From an uncultured Acidobacteriota bacterium (GTDB lineage Bacteria; Acidobacteriota; Thermoanaerobaculia; UBA5066; Gp7-AA6), in assembly GCA_963724465.1 (NCBI GenBank), contig CAVRUT010000003.1, positions 142,854 to 206,853 of the forward strand: DNA of 64,000 nt, given 5' to 3'. The notes below the pieces were generated by a model. That model had not been told where the DNA came from and did no database searches. It was given only the letters and a program-made list of their open reading frames with translations. The position numbers were made by a program, and so were the translations under genes. The stretch's first letter is position 1; each line of letters starts with the position of its first letter. Of the stretch, positions 28,012 to 39,533 are shown piece by piece.

Positions 28012-30600
28012 TTACTTCACGCCCTCGACGAGATACAGGTCCGAGAGCGCCGTCGCGTAGGAGTAGGCGTAGTTGCGGCCGTCCCGCGTCATGCGCAGTC
28101 CGTAAAGGCCGACGATTCCCGTCAGCTCGGCCGGCATGATCTCCTTGATCCTTTCCTCTCTCCCGCTCGACAACTCGAACAGGACGAGGCGCGCGGGAAG
28201 CTCGCGCCCGCGCCTGACGTAGACCCAGCCTTCGCGCGCGCTCGCACTGACGACGAAGTCCGGCGGACCGAGGCCGGGAACCGCCACCGGCGTGGCGCCT
28301 TCGGACGAACAGAGGAACGTCCCGCCGTCCAGGCCCCGCGCGAGAAATCGCTTCGCGTCGATGGGTTGCACGCGTCGCCCGGCCCCACCGGTCCCGAATC
28401 CCTCGGGCGTGACGGGCCGGGGAACACCGCCCTCGGAATCGACGAGATAGACCCGGCTCCCGTGACCCGGCTCTGCCGCGATCATGAGGAAGCGGCGATT
28501 GTCCGCCAGCCAGACGGCGTCGCTGATGCGCAGAGTCGGGAACGCGAGCGGCTTCGCTTCGCCAGGGCCGGTCGGGTAGATGACGAGCTGCTGGTCGGTC
28601 GTCGGATGGACGATCGCGAGCACCCGCTTGCCGTCCGGAGAGATCGCCGTGGCGCTGCCCTCCCCGAGGCGCACGGCAGGAGATCCGTCGATCGACCGGA
28701 TGTAGCAGGAGTAGCCGGCCCCGCCGGCCTCGCCGGACTCGCTGAAGAGAACGCTCTTCCCGTCCTCGGAGATGTCGGCAATCAGGCTCCAGTCGAACCA
28801 GGAGAGGTCTTTCTCCCTGATCGTCGGACGGCCCGAGGGCGGCCAGGCCGATTCGATTCCGGCCGTCGCTCATGAGCACGCGACCGTCGGGCGACACGTC
28901 CTCGAGCGTCAAGGTGCCGGTCACCCGGACGAGCAGGCGCGGGCGACCCGAGATCGAGATGGCGCGCAGGCGCGGCTTGCGCCCACGTCGGCGGCCGTGA
29001 ACCAGACTTCGGACTCGTCGGGCGACCAGGCGAGCCCGAAACCGCTCGCAAAGAGCGGCGAGAGCCGCCGCACGTTGCCGGAGAGGTCGACGAGCGCCAC
29101 CGTGCCCCCGTCGTCGTTCGAGACCGGGTGGTCCAGGAACGCGATCCGGTCGCCCCGGCGCGAGAAGCGGGGGTTCCCGATCCAGCCCGTCGTCTCGTAG
29201 AGCACCTTGCCGGCCGGGTACTCGAGGCGGCGGCGCCCCTGAACCGCTCGCACGACGGCGACGCCCTTCCCATCCGGCGACCAATCCGCAAACTCGACGC
29301 CTTCCAGCATCTCCCGGGGAGCACCGCCGCCCGTCGCGGCCACGCGCGCGAGCGTCCCGGAACGCACGAAGGCTCCGGATTGCCGCGCGCGGAGCGCGAC
29401 GGCGACGTCTCCCGTGCGGCTGACGGAGAGGATGTCCGCCCCCTGCAACCCGAACTGCCGCGCCTCCGGGCTCTCGGGACTGCCGACGTAGACCTCTTCG
29501 GGGAGGCCGTCCCAGGCGGCGGCGTAAAGCACCGACTTGCCGTCCGAACCGAAACGCGCGTTCCAGATCGTCCCGCGCCGGAACGTGAGCTGACGAAAAC
29601 TTGGCGGCACGGGAGACCCCTTGCGGGCGTGCAGCCAGTACCCGGCCGCCGCGGCGGCGACAAGCCCCAAGATCGTGCCGAGAATCGGGACGCCGCGCCG
29701 GAGCGCGGACGGCCCTGCGGCCGCCGCCACGGCGGCTCCGGAAAGCCCCGAGAGCGCCTCCAGGTCGAAGGCGAGATCGCGCGCGGAGTAGAAGCGCTCT
29801 TCCGGGTTCTTCTCGAGGCAATGGCGAACGACCCGCTCGAGTCCCGGCTGCACGCTCTTGTTCGTCGCCGACAGGTCGGGAGGTTCCTCTCTCAGGATCG
29901 CCGACATCGTCTCGGCCGCCGAGTCCCGGTGAAAGGCCCGCTGCCCCGACAGCGTCTCGAACAGAATCGCGCCGAATGCGAAGATGTCCGAGCGCTGGTC
30001 GGCGGGCTTTCCCTTCACCTGCTCGGGCGACATGTACCCGAGCGTGCCCATCACGACCCCCGGCTCCGTGCCCGCGGACGCGGTGGGCAGGTTCGTCTGC
30101 TGTTCGGCCTGCGCTTCGGTTTGCGTCAGCTTCGCCAGGCCGAAATCCAGGATCTTGACGCGCCCGTCGTTGGTCAGGAACAGGTTCTCGGGCTTCAGGT
30201 CCCGGTGGATGATCCCCTTCTCGTGCGCCGCCGCCAGCCCTCTGGCGATCTGCACCGCGTAGTCCGTCGCCTTGCGCACCGGGATCGCCCCGCCCGCCAG
30301 CCGCGCCCGCAGGGTCTCCCCTTCGAGCAGCTCCGTCACGATGTACGGCGACCCCTCGTGCGAACCGAGGTCGTGCACCGCCATGATGTTCGGATGGTTC
30401 AGTCCGCCCGCCGCCTGCGCTTCCTGTTCGAAACGACGCAAACGGTCCTTGTCCTGCGAATAGGAAGCCGGCAGCACCTTGATCGCAACGTCGCGCTTCA
30501 GACGCTCGTCCCGCGCGCGGTACACCTCTCCCATGCCACCCGCCCCGATCGGCCCGACGACCTCGTAGGGACCCAGACGCGATCCCGCAGACAGCGTCAC
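28012..30600 (-). CDS. receptor Ser/Thr kinase with PD40/TolB-like propeller, K4 (two frame breaks)
   Basis: GTG 30600 overlaps the K5 stop. [29 protein letters not shown]...HRDLKPENL...[28 protein letters not shown]. Breaks near 28975 and 28820. Ends [19 protein letters not shown]. Confidence 0.85.
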
Positions 30601-33182
30601 TTGACCCCTTCCACGAGAAACAGGTCCGAGAGCGTGCGGACATAGCCGTAGATGTAGGCCGACCCGTCCGGGGTCGGGCCCGGGCCGAGGCTCGAGACCC
30701 CCGCCGCGTCCGCCGGCATCACCGTGCGCCACAGCTCCTTGCGCCCCGTCGCGATTTCGAGGCGATACCCCTTCGACGGAGCCTCGCCGTTCCGATGAAC
30801 GTAGAGGAGCCTTCCGTCGGCGCTGCGCTGGTCTACGCTGTCCTCTGGCTCGAGCCCCGGTATCAGCTGCGGCTCGCCCCCGGAAAGCGGATAGAGGTAC
30901 CGCTTGCGGTCAGGGCCCCTCACCACGCACCACTTTCCATCCGGCGCCGTGATGCCGGCCCCCGTGTAACCCTCCGGTGTCAGGGGGCGCGGCTTTCCGC
31001 CGGTGAAGTCCCGAAGGTACAGCCTCGGACCATGTCCCGGTTCGCTCCCCGTGAGGAGAACCTGCTTGCCGTCGGGTAGGAAGGAGGCGCCGAACACGGA
31101 AATGCCCTCCTTCGAGAAGACTTTCGGTTCGCCCGCGCCGGTCGGGTAGGCCGCGAGCTGCGGGTCGGAGGCCGAGTGCACGATTGCCAGGGCCCACTCT
31201 CCGTCGGCCGACAAGTCCTGGCTGCTGCCCTCGCCGAGGCGCACCGCGGGCGACCCATCCGTCTTTCGGATGTAGACGGAATATCCAGCGCCGCCGCCCT
31301 CTCCCGTCTCGGAGAAGAGCACCGTCTTGCCGTCCGCCGATATCGCCGTGGGCAGCGACCAATCGAGCCACGTGAGGTCGCGCTCCTTCGATTCGCCCGG
31401 AGCGAGCGCCATCATCTCCGACCTGACGGTGTCGCGCGAGACCAGAAGCCGGCCTTCGCGCGACACGTCCTGAAGCGTCAGATTGCCGGGGACCCGAATT
31501 CGCAGCCGGCTCTTGCCCGACCGCGTGGTCGAGTAGACGGCGCGGTTGCCGCCGACTTCCGTGGCCGTGAACCAGATCTCCGAGCCATCGGGAGACCACC
31601 CGAGCCCCTGCGCCGACGCGAAGGGATGCGAGAGATTTTGCTTCTTGCCTGCACGATCCACGACGGCGACGGAGCCTCCGTCGTCGTTGGGCGTCGGGTG
31701 GTCGATGAAGGCCACGAGATCCCCGTCCGGAGACACGCGCAGGTGGCTGACCCAGGCGCTCGTCTCGTACAGGACCTTCCCGAGAGGAAACTCGATGCGC
31801 ATCCTGCCCGGAACGACACGCACGATCGCGAGGCTCTTGCCGTCCGGCCCCCAATCCGCCCACTCGACTTCCTTGAGGATGTCCCTCGGCGCGGCACCAC
31901 CGGCAACCGAGAGCTGCGCCAGCGTACCCGTGCGCCGGAAGGCGGCGCCCACGACCCGATTCAGCGAAACGGCCATGTCGCCGGATTTCGAGATCGACAG
32001 GACCTCAGCGCCGACGAGGCCGAACGGCCGTGACTCGGGGCTCTCGGGACGGCCGACGAAAATCTCCATGGGCTTGCCATCCCATGCCGCCGAGTACATG
32101 ACCGTCTGGCCGTCGGGTGCGAACCGAGCCGAGAAGATCTGGCCGCGGCGAAATGTGAGCTGGCGAAAAGTGGGTGGGGGCCGGTCGCCGGCCTTGCGAA
32201 TCGCGACGAAGGCAATCGTGCCGCACACGAGCGCGGTTCCGAGGGCCGTCGCGGCGAGCAGGAGCCAGGAAGGACGCTTCGTCGCCTCGCGCCCGGCCGC
32301 GGCCAGGGCGGCTTGCGGCGCGGAGAGCCCCGACAGGGCCTCGAGGTCGAAGGCGACGTCGCGGGTCGAGTAGAACCGTTCCTCAGGGTTCTTTTCCAGG
32401 CAGTGCCGCACCACGCGCTCCAGCCCCGGCTGCACGCTCTTGTTCGTCGCCGACAGGTCCGGCGGCTCCTCCCTCAGGATCGCCGACATCGTCTCCGCCG
32501 CCGAGTCCCGGTGGAACGCGCGGGCACCCGAGAGCATCTCGTACAGGATCGCCCCGAACGCGAAGATGTCCGACCTCTGGTCCGCAGGCTTGCCCTTGAC
32601 CTGCTCGGGCGACATGTACCCGAGTGTCCCCATCACGACGCCCGGCTCCGTCGCCGCCGCCGCAGTCGGAAGGTTCGTCTGCTGCGCCGCCTGCCCCTCG
32701 AACTGCGTCAGCTTCGCCAGGCCAAAATCCAGGATCTTGACGCGCCCGTCGTTCGTCAGGAACAGGTTCTCGGGCTTCAGGTCCCGGTGAATGATCCCCT
32801 TCTCGTGCGCCGCTGCCAGACCCTTGGCAATCTGCACCGCGTAGTCCGTCGCCTTGCGCACCGGTACCGCTCCGCCCGAAAGGCGCGCCCGCAGCGTCTC
32901 CCCTTCCAAGAGCTCCGTTACGATGTACGGCGACCCCTCGTGAGACCCCAGGTCGTACACCGCCGTGATGTTCGGGTGGTTCAGGCCGCCCGCCGACTGG
33001 GCCTCCTGCTCGAACCGCCGCAGACGGTCCGCATCCTGCGAGTACGACGCCGGCAACACCTTGACCGCCACGTCCCGCTTCAGCCGCTCGTCCCGCGCCC
33101 GGTACACCTCACCCATCCCGCCGGCGCCAATTGGCGCCACAATCGCGTAAGGACCCAAGCGAGACCCGGCGGCCAGGCTCAC
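30597..33182 (-). CDS. receptor Ser/Thr kinase with PD40/TolB-like propeller, K5 (intact)
   Basis: ORF 30597..33263, with the start placed at GTG 33182 overlapping the K6 stop (GTGA). Full kinase motifs, [25 protein letters not shown] and about 10 (S/A)PDG-type blades. Confidence 0.9.
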   Translation of the reverse strand: MSLAAGSRLGPYAIVAPIGAGGMGEVYRARDERLKRDVAVKVLPASYSQDADRLRRFEQEAQSAGGLNHPNITAVYDLGSHEGSPYIVTELLEGETLRARLSGGAVPVRKATDYAVQIAKGLAAAHEKGIIHRDLKPENLFLTNDGRVKILDFGLAKLTQFEGQAAQQTNLPTAAAATEPGVVMGTLGYMSPEQVKGKPADQRSDIFAFGAILYEMLSGARAFHRDSAAETMSAILREEPPDLSATNKSVQPGLERVVRHCLEKNPEERFYSTRDVAFDLEALSGLSAPQAALAAAGREATKRPSWLLLAATALGTALVCGTIAFVAIRKAGDRPPPTFRQLTFRRGQIFSARFAPDGQTVMYSAAWDGKPMEIFVGRPESPESRPFGLVGAEVLSISKSGDMAVSLNRVVGAAFRRTGTLAQLSVAGGAAPRDILKEVEWADWGPDGKSLAIVRVVPGRMRIEFPLGKVLYETSAWVSHLRVSPDGDLVAFIDHPTPNDDGGSVAVVDRAGKKQNLSHPFASAQGLGWSPDGSEIWFTATEVGGNRAVYSTTRSGKSRLRIRVPGNLTLQDVSREGRLLVSRDTVRSEMMALAPGESKERDLTWLDWSLPTAISADGKTVLFSETGEGGGAGYSVYIRKTDGSPAVRLGEGSSQDLSADGEWALAIVHSASDPQLAAYPTGAGEPKVFSKEGISVFGASFLPDGKQVLLTGSEPGHGPRLYLRDFTGGKPRPLTPEGYTGAGITAPDGKWCVVRGPDRKRYLYPLSGGEPQLIPGLEPEDSVDQRSADGRLLYVHRNGEAPSKGYRLEIATGRKELWRTVMPADAAGVSSLGPGPTPDGSAYIYGYVRTLSDLFLVEGVK

Positions 33183-35752
33183 TTCACGCCATCCACGACA
33201 TACAGATCCGCGAGGCTCCGGATATAGGAGTACGCGTACCACCGCCGGTCTGGCGTGATCCAAACGGGGCCCACGGTTGTTATTCCGGCCGGATCGGGAG
33301 GAACCAACTCTTTCCAGAGCTCCCTTCGGCCGGACCGGATGTCGAGCATGAAGATCTTGGCGGGCACCTCGCCGCGCCGCCGCACGAGGAGTGACCGTCC
33401 GTCGTCCGTCCAGGTATCCGGAATGTCGCCCACGGTGAGGCCGGGAACCAGGACCGGCTCGCCTCCGTCGATCGGATAAAGGTAGAAGCGTTGATCCGGC
33501 CCGGTGACCGCGACGTACTTCCCGTCGGGAGATATGCCCTTCGAGAAGGCACGGTAGCCTTCAGGCGAGATGGCACGAGGCTTCGCATCTTCGAGGCCCT
33601 GCACCCACAGCCGCACGCCGTGATCGGGCTCGTTGGCGGAAAACAGGACCCGGCGTCCGTCCGGGAGCCAGGAGGCCTGGCCGATCCGCAGAGCGCTCGG
33701 AGGAAATGCCTTCGGCTCTCCGGTGCCGATCGGGTACAGCACGATCCGCTGAGTCGGGGAGTCTCCCACGACCGCCAGCGCGAGGCGCCGGTCGGGCGAA
33801 AGGCTGTAAACCGCCCCCGGACCCAAACGCACAGCCGGCGATCCATCGGCCTTTCGCACATAGGCCGAGTAGCCGGCGCCGCCGCCCTCCCCGCTCTCGT
33901 CGAACAGAAGAACCTGGCCGTCGGGCGAAAGATCCCGGACGAGCGACCAGTCGAGCCATGAAAAATCCCGCTCCTTGTCCGACCCGGGCACGAGTGCAGA
34001 AACGCCCTGGCGCGCCTTGTCCTGAATCATCAATGCGCGACCGTCCCGGGACGCGTCCTCGATCGTGAGACCGCCGGTTCCCTGGGCGAGCACTCGGACG
34101 CTTCCGGAGCGCGTTGCGGCATGCAGACCTCGATTGAATCCGACGGCGGAGCCCGTGAACCACACTTCGTTTCCCGAGGGCGACCAGCAAAGCCCCTGGG
34201 CACTGGCGAAGAACCCGGTGACCGTCCGGCGCTTGCCCGAGCGATCGACGATGGCCACGGAACCTCCGTCGTCGCCCTGGATCGGGTGATCCAGGAACGC
34301 GACCTCATCGCCCCCGGGCGAGATGCGCGGATGCCCGATCCAGCCCGCCGTCTCATACAACGTGTGGCCGACGGGGAACTCCAGCCGGACTTTTCCGCCG
34401 GCTTCCCGGACCACTGCCATGCTCTGGCCGTCCGGACTCCAGTCGGCCCACTGAATATCTTCGAAGATCTCCTTCGGCGCGCCTCCGCCGGTCATGCCGA
34501 GACGGGCGAGCGTGCCCGTTCGCGTGAACGGGATCGAGATGCGGCGGCCGAGCGAAACGGCCATGTCTCCCGACCGCGAAACGGACAGGACCTCGGCCCC
34601 GGAGAGGCCGAACGGCCGCGACTCGGGACTGTCGAGCCGGCCGACGAAGATCTCCATCGGCTTTCCGTCCCAGCTCGCTGAGAAGAGAATCGTCTGGCCA
34701 TCCGGCGCAAACCGCGCCGAGCCGATCAGGCCGCGGCGAAACGTGAGCTGCCGGAAGGACGGCGGCGAGATATGACCCGCCTTCTTGCCGGCGACGTACG
34801 TGGCCGCCATGCCGGCAAGGGCCAGGACGATTCCCGCATAGAGCGGGACCGAGCGGCGGCGCGGCGCGCGCCCGGGCTCCGCCACCGCGAGGCGCGGCGT
34901 CGAGGCGCCGGAGAGCGTTTCCAGGTCGAAAGCCAGGTCGTGGGCCGAGTGGAACCGTTCCTCCGGGTTTTTCTCGAGGCAGTGCCGCACGATGCGATCC
35001 AGTCCTGGATGCACGTTCTTGTTCGTGGCGGAGAGATCCGGCGGCTCCTCCTTGAGGATCGCGGACATAGTCTCGGCCGCCGAGTCGCGCTGGAACGCCC
35101 GGCTTCCCGACAGCATCTCGTAGAGGATCGCGCCGAAGGAAAAGATGTCGCTGCGCGCGTCGGCGGATCTTCCCTTCACCTGCTCGGGGGACATGTAGCC
35201 GAGCGTTCCGAGAACCACACCGGGCTCCGTGCCGGCCGTCGGAACCTCCGTCTGCGGACCCTTCTCCTCGACCTGCGTCAGCTTCGCCAGGCCGAAGTCC
35301 AGGATCTTGACGCGGCCGTCCCTGGTCACAAATAGGTTCTCGGGTTTCAGGTCCCGATGCACGATGCCCTTCTCGTGCGCCGCTGCAAGGCCGTGGGCGA
35401 TCTGCAACCCATAGTCGATCGCCTTTCGGACGGGCAACGCGCCCCCCGCGAGCCGCGCCCGCAGCGTCTCGCCCTCCAGAAGCTCGGTCACGATGTAGGG
35501 CGAGCCTTCGTGCGATCCGAGGTCGTAGACGGCGGTGATGTTGGGATGGTTCAGACCGCCGGCCGTTTGCGCCTCGTTCTCGAAGCGCCGCAGCCGGTCC
35601 GCATCCTGCGAGAAGCTTGCCGGCAAGACCTTGACCGCGACGTCTCGCTTCAGCCGCTCGTCCCGCGCCCGGTACACCTCCCCCATCCCGCCCGCTCCGA
35701 TGGGCGCGACGACCTCGTAGGGCCCGAGCTTCGAGCCGGCGGCGAGACTCAC
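33179..35752 (-). CDS. receptor Ser/Thr kinase with PD40/TolB-like propeller, K6 (intact, 857 aa)
   Basis: ORF 33179..35752. GTG start overlaps the K7 stop. [66 protein letters not shown], then the propeller region. Confidence 0.9.
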   Translation of the reverse strand: MSLAAGSKLGPYEVVAPIGAGGMGEVYRARDERLKRDVAVKVLPASFSQDADRLRRFENEAQTAGGLNHPNITAVYDLGSHEGSPYIVTELLEGETLRARLAGGALPVRKAIDYGLQIAHGLAAAHEKGIVHRDLKPENLFVTRDGRVKILDFGLAKLTQVEEKGPQTEVPTAGTEPGVVLGTLGYMSPEQVKGRSADARSDIFSFGAILYEMLSGSRAFQRDSAAETMSAILKEEPPDLSATNKNVHPGLDRIVRHCLEKNPEERFHSAHDLAFDLETLSGASTPRLAVAEPGRAPRRRSVPLYAGIVLALAGMAATYVAGKKAGHISPPSFRQLTFRRGLIGSARFAPDGQTILFSASWDGKPMEIFVGRLDSPESRPFGLSGAEVLSVSRSGDMAVSLGRRISIPFTRTGTLARLGMTGGGAPKEIFEDIQWADWSPDGQSMAVVREAGGKVRLEFPVGHTLYETAGWIGHPRISPGGDEVAFLDHPIQGDDGGSVAIVDRSGKRRTVTGFFASAQGLCWSPSGNEVWFTGSAVGFNRGLHAATRSGSVRVLAQGTGGLTIEDASRDGRALMIQDKARQGVSALVPGSDKERDFSWLDWSLVRDLSPDGQVLLFDESGEGGGAGYSAYVRKADGSPAVRLGPGAVYSLSPDRRLALAVVGDSPTQRIVLYPIGTGEPKAFPPSALRIGQASWLPDGRRVLFSANEPDHGVRLWVQGLEDAKPRAISPEGYRAFSKGISPDGKYVAVTGPDQRFYLYPIDGGEPVLVPGLTVGDIPDTWTDDGRSLLVRRRGEVPAKIFMLDIRSGRRELWKELVPPDPAGITTVGPVWITPDRRWYAYSYIRSLADLYVVDGVK

Positions 35753-38335
35753 TTCATCCCCTCGACGAGCTGCAAATAGGAGAGCACGCGGAGATAGCTG
35801 TAGGCATACGTCTTACCGTCCGGCGTGACGACGAAACGGCTGACGGTGTTCAGGCCGGCCGCATCCGCGGGCGCCACTTCTTTCCAGAGATCCTTCTTCC
35901 CCGAGACGATGTCGTACCGATAGACCCGGGAGGGAACGCCGACGTTGGTCTGAACGAAGAGCGTGCGGCCGTCCGGCGAGAACCGAACCGGCCGGTCGCC
36001 CGTGCCGAGCCCCGCGAGCGGCGTCGGCTCGCCGCCTTCGAGGGGATAGAGGTAGATCCGCCGATCCGGGCCGCCGACCACCGCGGACTTCGAGTCGGGC
36101 GTGATCGTGCCGCGGAAGAGAGAATAGCCCTCGGGCGTGATCGCCCGCGGCTTGCCGCCCGCGAGGTCGCGGACGTAGAGCCGCGTGCCGTGCCCGGCCT
36201 CCGTCGCCGTGAAAACGATTCGCTTCCCGTCGGGAAAGAAGTCGGCGTTGAACGGGTCGAGGCCCTCCCGCGACAGAGCGCGCGGTTCGCCCACGCTCGT
36301 GGGCAGCAGAATGATCTGCGGCGCTGCCGGGTGGGCGAGCGAGATCGCCCAGTTGCCGTCCGGAGAAAAGGCTTCCGTGGCCCCTTCACCGAGGCGGACG
36401 GCTGGCGAACCGTCCATCTTCCGCAGGTACGCCGCGTAGCCCGGACCTCCGCCCTCTCCGGACTCGGTGATGAGAATCGCTCGTCCGTCTGGAGTCATGT
36501 CGGTCACGAGCGAGTAGTCGAGCCAGGAAAGCTCCCGCTCCTTCTCTTCTCCGGGGCCCCGTCCGAGGATGCCCAGGCGCGCGCTCTCGTTCGTCATCAG
36601 GACCCGCCCGTCCTTCGAGATGTCGCGGATCGTGCTGATGCCCGGCACCCGCCCGACCAGCCGCTCCTTGCCGGAGAGCGTGATGGCGTGCACGGCGCGG
36701 TTGAATCCTCCCTCGGCCGCGGTGTACCAGATCTCGCTGCCGTCCGGTTTCCAAGCGATCCCCTGCGCAGTCGCATAAAGGGGCGACAGGGCCTTCGCCT
36801 TTCCTGCCCGGTCGACGACCGTCACACGCCCCCCGTCGTCCGAAGGGTACGGATGATCGATGAAGGCCACGAGGTCCCCGCCGGGCGAAACCCTGGGGTT
36901 CTGGACCCAGCCGCTCGTCTCGAAGAGCACCTTGCCGATGGGAAACTCGAGGCGGTTCTTGACCCCGGCGTCGCGGACGATCGCGAGGCTCTGGGCGTCC
37001 GGGCCCCAGTCGGCCAACTGGATGTCGTCGAGGATGTCGCGCGGCGCCCCGCCGGCGATCGAGATGCGGGCCAGGCGCCCGGTGCGCGTGAACGGCTGCA
37101 CCCCTCGCCGATTGAGCGAGACCAGCATCTCCCCGGATTTCGAGATCGCCAGGACCTCCGAGTCGGCCAGGCCAAACGGCCGCGACTCCGGGCTCTCGGG
37201 CCGGTTGATGAAGATCTCGAAGGGCTTGCCCTCCCACGCGGCCGAATAGACGATCGTCTGGCCGTCCGGCGCAAAGAGGGATCCGCCGACCTCGCCGCGC
37301 GAGAACGTGATCTGGCGGAAGGACGGCGGGGCGACGTACGCGGACTTCCTGCCAGCGGAAAAGGCGAAGAAGCCCGCGATCGCGGCCGAAACGAGCGCCG
37401 TGCCCGCGATCAGAGGCCAGGTGCGGCGCTTGCCTTGCGCCGACACGTGCAGCGCTCCGGTCGTCGTGCCCGGTGTCGAGAGGCCCGACAGCGCCTCGAG
37501 GTCGAACGCGAGGTCGCGCGCCGACTCGAATCGCTCCTCGGGGTTCTTCTCCAGGCAGTGCCGCACGATCCGGTCGAGCCCCGGGTGGACCTCCTTGTTG
37601 GTCTGCGAAAGGTCCGGCGGCTCCTTCGTCAGGATCGCGGTGATCGTGTCGGCAGCCGACTCCCCCCGGAACGCCTTCTGCCCCGAGAGCATCTCGTAGA
37701 GGATCGTCCCGAACGCGAAGAGGTCGCTGCGTTTGTCGGCGGCTCGACCCCGCACCTGCTCCGGCGCCATGTATCCCATCGTCCCGAGGACGACACCGGG
37801 TTGGGTCCCCCCCGAGACCGTTTGCATGTCGGTCTTGCCGTCCTCGCCCGTTTCCGTCTTGAGCTTGGCCAGTCCGAAGTCGAGGATCTTGACCCGGCCG
37901 TCCTTCGTCAGGAACAGGTTCTCGGGCTTCAGGTCCCGGTGGACGATGCCCTTCTCGTGCGCCGCGGCGAGGCCCCTGGCGATCTGCACGGCGTAGTCGA
38001 TCGCCTTGCGCGGCGGCACCGCGCCCGCTGGAGATCCGCTGCCGCAGCGTCTCGCCCTCGAGGAGCTCCGTCACGATGTAGGGCGCCCCGTCCGCCGACC
38101 CGATGTCGTACACCGACGTGATGTTGGGATGGTTCAGCACGCCTGCGGCGCGCGCCTCCTGCTCGAAACGGCGGAGGCGATCGGCGTCCTGCGAAAAACT
38201 TGGCGGGAGAACCTTGATCGCCACGTCGCGGCCGAGCCGCGGGTCCTTCGCCCGGTAGACCTCCCCCATCCCCCCCGCTCCAATCGGCGCCAGGATTTCG
38301 TAAGGGCCCAGACGCGAGCCGGCGGAAAGCGTCAC
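35749..38335 (-). CDS. receptor Ser/Thr kinase with PD40/TolB-like propeller, K7 (one frame break)
   Basis: [29 protein letters not shown] starts at GTG 38335 (alternative ATG 38350). Break near 38020-38035, then [34 protein letters not shown] and an intact remainder (ORF 35749..38019). Confidence 0.85.
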
Positions 38336-38610
38336 TTCGGATCTCCGCATCCCGTACCCGCGGCACTCCTTCTGTCGTTCGCGGCGCGAGGAGTCTCCGC
38401 GAGGGCAGCGGAGGAGCCTCGCGCCGCGGGAGCGAGCGCGCAGCGAGGGGTCAGGCGTCCGGTCGAGCCCGCATCCGGGCGAGCCGGACGCCGGTGCGCC
38501 GCAGGCGCAGACCCCCGAGCGAAGCGCGAGCGACGGTCCCCCATCCCCCCCGCTCCGATGGGCGCGAGGATCTCGTAGGGGCCGAGGCGCGATCCGGATG
38601 TCAGCGGCAA
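38332..38610 (-). pseudogene. kinase N-terminal remnant (24 codons, K8) reading in frame through repeat copy 2
   Basis: ORF 38332..38610 reads (M)[23 protein letters not shown], then 68 codons encoded by the repeat element, ending ..GDPK-TGA. That stop overlaps the K7 GTG in the same AAGTGA junction used by K4-K6. Confidence 0.7.
38377..38536 (+). repeat. ~160-bp three-hairpin intergenic element, copy 2
   Basis: Aligns over its full length with copy 1 at 27850-28008. Confidence 0.85.
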
Positions 38611-38645
38611 AGCGCGGAGATTCTACGCCGAACGCCCGGCGCGTC

Positions 38646-39485
38646 TCAGACCCGCATTTCGAGCAGCCGGCGGATCCTCTCCTCGAGCGGCGGGTGGGTG
38701 CTGAAGAGACTCATGAGGCCCCCGCCCGAGAGCGGATTGACGATGCACAGGTGCGCGTTCGTGGGCGAAGCCCCCTCGAGCGGGATGGCCTGGGCCTGGG
38801 GCGATCCGAGCTTGCGCAGGGCGTTCGCCAGCGGCCGGGGGTCCCCCACGAGCTTCGCTCCCGAGGCGTCGGCCCCGTACTCGCGGCTGCGGCTGACGGC
38901 GAGCTGGATGAGCATCGCGGCGATGGGCGCGATCAGGATCGCGAGCAGCGCCAGCGGGTTGCCGCGCCTTCCCTCCCGGTCTCCGCCCTGCGGCATGAAA
39001 TAGGCGAACCGCGTGAGATAGGTCAGCGCACCCGCGAGCGTGGCCGCGACCGACGACGTGAGGATGTCGCGGTTCAGGACGTGAGACAGCTCGTGGCCGA
39101 GGACGCCCTCGAGCTCCTGCTCGCTCATCGCCTCGACGATCCCGGTCGTGGCCGCCACCGCCGCGTGCTCGGGATTTCGCCCCGTCGCGAAGGCGTTCAG
39201 GGCCGGGCTCGGGACGACGTAGAGACGCGGCATCGGGATCCCGGCCTTCGACGCCAGGCGCTGGACGATCGCGTGGAGCCCAGGGGCCTCGGCCTGCGTG
39301 ACGGGTTGCGCCCCGTAGGCCGCGAGCGCGAGCTTGTCGCTGAAGAAATAGGAGACGAAGTTCATGATGCCCGCCATCAGGAGCGCCACGAGCATCCCGC
39401 GCTGGCCGCCGACGGCCGCGCCGATGAAGAGGAAGAGGCCCGTCAGCAGGCCCAGCAGCAACGTCGTCTTCATCCGGTTCATCAA
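38646..39485 (-). CDS. htpX: zinc metalloprotease HtpX
   Basis: N-terminal TM helices, [10 protein letters not shown] (HExxH) and [13 protein letters not shown]...[12 protein letters not shown]. Confidence 0.9.
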   Translation of the reverse strand: MMNRMKTTLLLGLLTGLFLFIGAAVGGQRGMLVALLMAGIMNFVSYFFSDKLALAAYGAQPVTQAEAPGLHAIVQRLASKAGIPMPRLYVVPSPALNAFATGRNPEHAAVAATTGIVEAMSEQELEGVLGHELSHVLNRDILTSSVAATLAGALTYLTRFAYFMPQGGDREGRRGNPLALLAILIAPIAAMLIQLAVSRSREYGADASGAKLVGDPRPLANALRKLGSPQAQAIPLEGASPTNAHLCIVNPLSGGGLMSLFSTHPPLEERIRRLLEMRV

Positions 39486-39533
39486 GACACCTCCGCGTTG
39501 CGCCCGGACGGCAACGATATCGCGTAGGGCGGC

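Noticed and set aside
30597-33263. The ATG at 33263 would give an 888-aa K5.
   Set aside because: The extra 27 codons overlap the K6 C-terminus and are not conserved. All paralogs begin (V/M)(S/T)L(A/S)AGS(K/R)LGPY at a GTG overlapping the preceding stop, so GTG 33182 is preferred.
18252-38610. The kinase arrays might be an assembly artefact, that is, an expansion of a collapsed repeat.
   Set aside because: The paralogs differ throughout at both protein and nucleotide level: different TM segments, different propeller sequences and different junction contexts. Only the K2/K3 N-termini are about 90 percent identical. True paralogy is more likely, but read mapping is still advised.
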